From assembly GCA_964016885.1 (NCBI GenBank), contig OZ024741.1, positions 267,654,001-267,718,000 on the forward strand: a DNA stretch of 64,000 bases, read 5' to 3'. The stretch is from Eledone cirrhosa. Its lineage: Eukaryota. A program made the translations under genes and the position numbers. Positions within the stretch are counted from its first letter, which is position 1. Every line of letters begins with the position of its first letter. The notes beneath the pieces are model-generated. The model was not told the origin of the DNA. It did no database searches and saw only the letters and a list, made by a program, of their open reading frames with translations. Positions 60,360 through 64,000 of the stretch are shown in pieces.

Positions 60360-60668
60360 CCATATATATATATACATATATGCATACATATATATGTATA
60401 TATATATATGTATATATATCATCATCATAATCATCCTTCCTAACACCAACCACATTGACAGTGTGTGGTGGGTGCTTTTCGCTGAGAATAATAGAGGGTG
60501 GCTCTTCTGTAAAATTGCATAGTGGCAGAGGCTGCTTGGTAAAAGGCAAACAGAAATAATAAAGCAAACAACAGTACAATAAAGAAATATATTATTAACT
60601 TAACAATTGATTTAGTAGGAAAAGTTGTACATACTTCCCAAAAGGACACACACACACACACTTATATA

Positions 60669-60710
<42 letters not shown>

Positions 60711-60835
60711 ATTATCATCATCATCATCATTTAACGTCTATCTTCCATGCTAGCATGGATTAGACGGGTTTGTCCCATTTAGAGGCAACTTAGATATATA
60801 TATGAATACACACACACAGAGACACACACACATAT

Positions 60836-62115
60836 ATCATCATCATCATCATCATCAGCGTTTAATGTCCATCTTCCACGCTTGCATGGGTTTGGACGGG
60901 AATTTTCCCACTTGAGGCAAGATTGGTTGTCTTGCTCGTATAGGACTGTCTGATGGGTTTTCTACGGCTGGATGCCCTTCCTAACACCAACCATGTTTAC
61001 AGTGTGGACTGGGAGGTTTTTACCGTGTTACCTACACGGCCACATTACAGCGTGGACTGTGTGTTTTTTTGTAGTGACACCTACACGCCCTCATTTATTT
61101 CGGACTGGATGTTGTGGTACCAGCATAACTTTACATTGAAAGGGGTGATGTGGATGGGGTGGGGGGTGTATTTTTGTTAGAGGTGCCTACTGCCTGTAGG
61201 TTTCGCTTTGTACTTAAGCAAGGCGGGTCTTCTGTATTACTGTGTAGCACCAAAGATCTCGGTCCAGTGACATTGTCTTGGAGAGGTGTGTGTGAGGTCG
61301 GAATTTATCAAGTCGTCCCAGGTTTTTCTGGGTCTGCCTACTCCGTGGCTACAGTCTATTTTTATCGCCCTGCACTTTTTTATACAGCTGTCGTCTTTCA
61401 TGCGCAGCACGTGACCGTACCAACGTAGTCTTCTCTCGAGTAAACAACATCTGATCCCTCTTATTCCTAATTTCTCACTTAGTTCGTATATGCTTTGCCG
61501 TTCACGTATATTACTATTACACATCCAGCGGAGCATGCAAGCTTCGTTCCTCTCCAGTCTGCGTATATCCTCTGCCCACAATGCCCAAGTCTCACTGCCA
61601 TGTAACATTGCTGTTCGTATGCAGGCATCATACAGCCTGCCTTTCATTTTTAAAGAGAACCCTTTAGCGGCCAATAGTGGTATAAGCTCTCTGAACTTTT
61701 TCCATCCCGTTCTGACTCTAGCTACTGTACTTTCAGAGCACCCTCCACCACTGCTGATTTTGTCACCCAGGTAACGGAAGCTGTCCCCTATTTCTATAGA
61801 ACCATCTGTGCAATGGAATGAGCTAGTATTCTGTGGACACTTGCTGCTACTTATTGCACCTGAGCACCGGCCACATATAAAATCTATATTCTTAGTTAGC
61901 TTACCTGTGATCACACTACATATTTTATGCACACATACTTTGCCTTCTGGACATAAAATGGAGTTTCTGCCTACTCCTTTCCTACACACTGAGCATGGCC
62001 ATTTCCCAGATGGGACCAGTGCCCTATTTTCCTTCCTACAAACTAGAACTTTAGTCTTAGACAGGTTAATTTTAAGGCCTTTTGATTCTAGGCCATGCTT
62101 CCATGTTTGGAATTT
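60836..62115 (-). mobile_element. RTE-like LINE 3' fragment with Cys-rich (PHD-like) insert, (GAT)n tail
   Basis: ORF 61237-61989: CRKGVGRNSILC..HKIC..FICGRC, FRYLG, MLHGSETW, RRLRWYGHV, GRPRKTW. Confidence 0.9.
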
Positions 62116-62620
62116 CTTATATATCCATTATTATTATTAATATTCAAAAAAATTCAGATTACATTTATTGTATTCAGCCATGTAGAGCGGTATCTTTTTG
62201 TTAGTTATTATATATATATATATACATATATATTATACAACAATAGGAACAATGACTGCATCAAAAACTATATATTGCAATTGCTGTAAATATAATCCAG
62301 ATTTACAGTTGGTGTTGTTTGTGACCGTGCTTGCTAATAAAAATATTCTATTACAGTGTCTAGCCTACTTAAACATCATGATAACTTTGATAAAATTATA
62401 TCTGTTTTTATACTAAAATACAAACAAATTTTTTACCCAAATAGAGCATAAACATATGTGTAAATGTTTTAAAAGAAATTTAGCACAGTATAAATGAATA
62501 ATTGAATTCATAAATCAGAGAAGCTTGAAGTATTGTATATCTAGACAAGGTGAGGTCATAGGTGATAGATTTTTTTTATTAGAATGTAATCCAGTATTTG
62601 TTCTCATGGATCTTGAATAA

Positions 62621-62996
62621 TTGCACCCCCCACCTGCTTATTAATTTTCCAGATGTTTTTCCACACACCCTCTGCTCTTATTCCACCTCTGCTTGTTAAA
62701 TTTTGCTAATCTATCTCTAGCAAAATTTTATTTTAAGTGGTAGCATTCCTGTGACAATTAAATTTCTTTATACATTAAATAACATTATACATGACAAAAA
62801 AAGTACATTAGTAAAAATCCCTTATTTATAAAATAAATAGGATGGGTTGGTGGTGGTCTCAATATGTAAACTAAATGACTAATCTCGTTTTTTGTTTAAA
62901 TCAACAGAGACAACGTAGAAAAATTACAGATTTTCCACCACCACCCCTCGCTTATTGACCCCCACCCCCACCCCACCCCGTTATTTGGGACCCGTT
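62621..62996. mobile_element. MITE of the 7263-7574 family, opposite orientation
   Basis: TTTTAAGTGGTAGCATTCC interior and TTATTTGGGACCC terminus. Confidence 0.6.
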
Positions 62997-63149
62997 AATA
63001 AACAAAATTTATCTGAAAATAAAAGAGATTTACAATTCCTTGACATTTGCATATTAAAAACAAAACAAAAATCAAAGAGAAAAAATGAAACAGCAAAAGT
63101 AAGGGAAAGAAGATCTTATTTCCAACCCTACATGTTTATCAAGGACAAT

Positions 63150-64000
63150 CCAAGCCATAACAGAGGAGTTTAAGACTGGCTGCCCATGGGAACTTCTCTA
63201 TGCTGATGATCTGGTTCTTATAGCAAAATCAGTAGAGGAGCTAGAGAATAAATTCTGGCTATGGAAACAGCAGTTGGAATCAAGAGGACTGAGAATGAAC
63301 ATAGCAAAGACAAAAGTGTTGATAAGTAGAAAAGAGGACAAAACTCTGATTCAATCAAGGAAATGACTATGTTCGATATGTAGAAAAGGAACTGGCATCA
63401 ATTCCATAAAATGTATGCAATGCAGATCTTGGGTACACAGGAGATGTAGTGGGATAGCAGGCAAACTAACAGGTAGGGAAAAATACGTATGCAGTAGATG
63501 TACAGGGAAATTTGACAGTAGTAATCGCAGTGATAGACACATTTTTCAAATGCTAGTGGGTTCTATAGAAGTGGTTGATAGCTTCCGGTACCTAGGTGAT
63601 CAGATTAGCATGGGAGGAGGGTGTTCCAAGGCCATAGTATCTAGAATAAGGACGGGTTGGAAGAAGTTTAGGGAACTGCTTCCTCTGTTGACAAAGAAGG
63701 GTTTCTCCATGCGTGCAAAAGGCCGGTTATATGATGCCTGTGTGAGATGCGCGATGCTGCATGGTAGTGAGACATGGACAGCAACCGTAGAGGGTATGCG
63801 ACGGCTGTAGAGAAATGAAGCAAGCATGCTCCGTTGGATGTGCAATGTCAATGTGTGTGAATGACCAAGCATAGATGAGTTGAGAGAGAAACTGTGTATA
63901 AGAGGGATAAGTTGTGGTGTGCGGGAGAACATAAAGAGAGAGAAGACTGAGATGGTATGGACATGTGATGCGCATGGAGGATGACCTCTGGCTAAAGAAG
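63150..64000 (+). mobile_element. Degenerate RTE-like LINE (RT end plus Cys-rich insert), runs off the window
   Basis: PWELLYADDLVL near 63183; WVHRRCSG; FRYLG; MLHGSETW; internal stops. Confidence 0.88.

Overview
Eukaryotic, AT-rich, repeat-saturated DNA. The SINE, MITE and LINE repertoire and the (TA)n/(GATA)n microsatellites suggest a mollusc, probably an octopod cephalopod (inference). One host gene is visible: four minus-strand coding exons (17720-17869, 10251-10357, 9356-9463, 7145-7210) of a divergent glutamate-cysteine ligase catalytic subunit (GCLC-like) gene that continues off the left edge. The first 5.56 kb is a 38-bp satellite whose unit is built from two pieces of the local tRNA-SINE. 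The rest is nested mobile DNA: many Penelope-like elements (PLEs) of at least three protein types, mostly at (TA)n and often in fold-back form, carrying about 16 hammerhead-ribozyme motifs from about 10 sequence families; a chain of seven Tx1/L1-like 3' ends each anchored on (GATA)n; two copies of a 2.1-kb non-coding LTR element (tRNA-Trp PBS, 4-bp TSDs); a near full-length CR1-like LINE whose ORF1/ORF2 junction has a canonical -1 slippery heptamer; and RTE fragments, Helitron fragments, SINEs and MITEs. All calls were made by eye, without database searches or folding computations.
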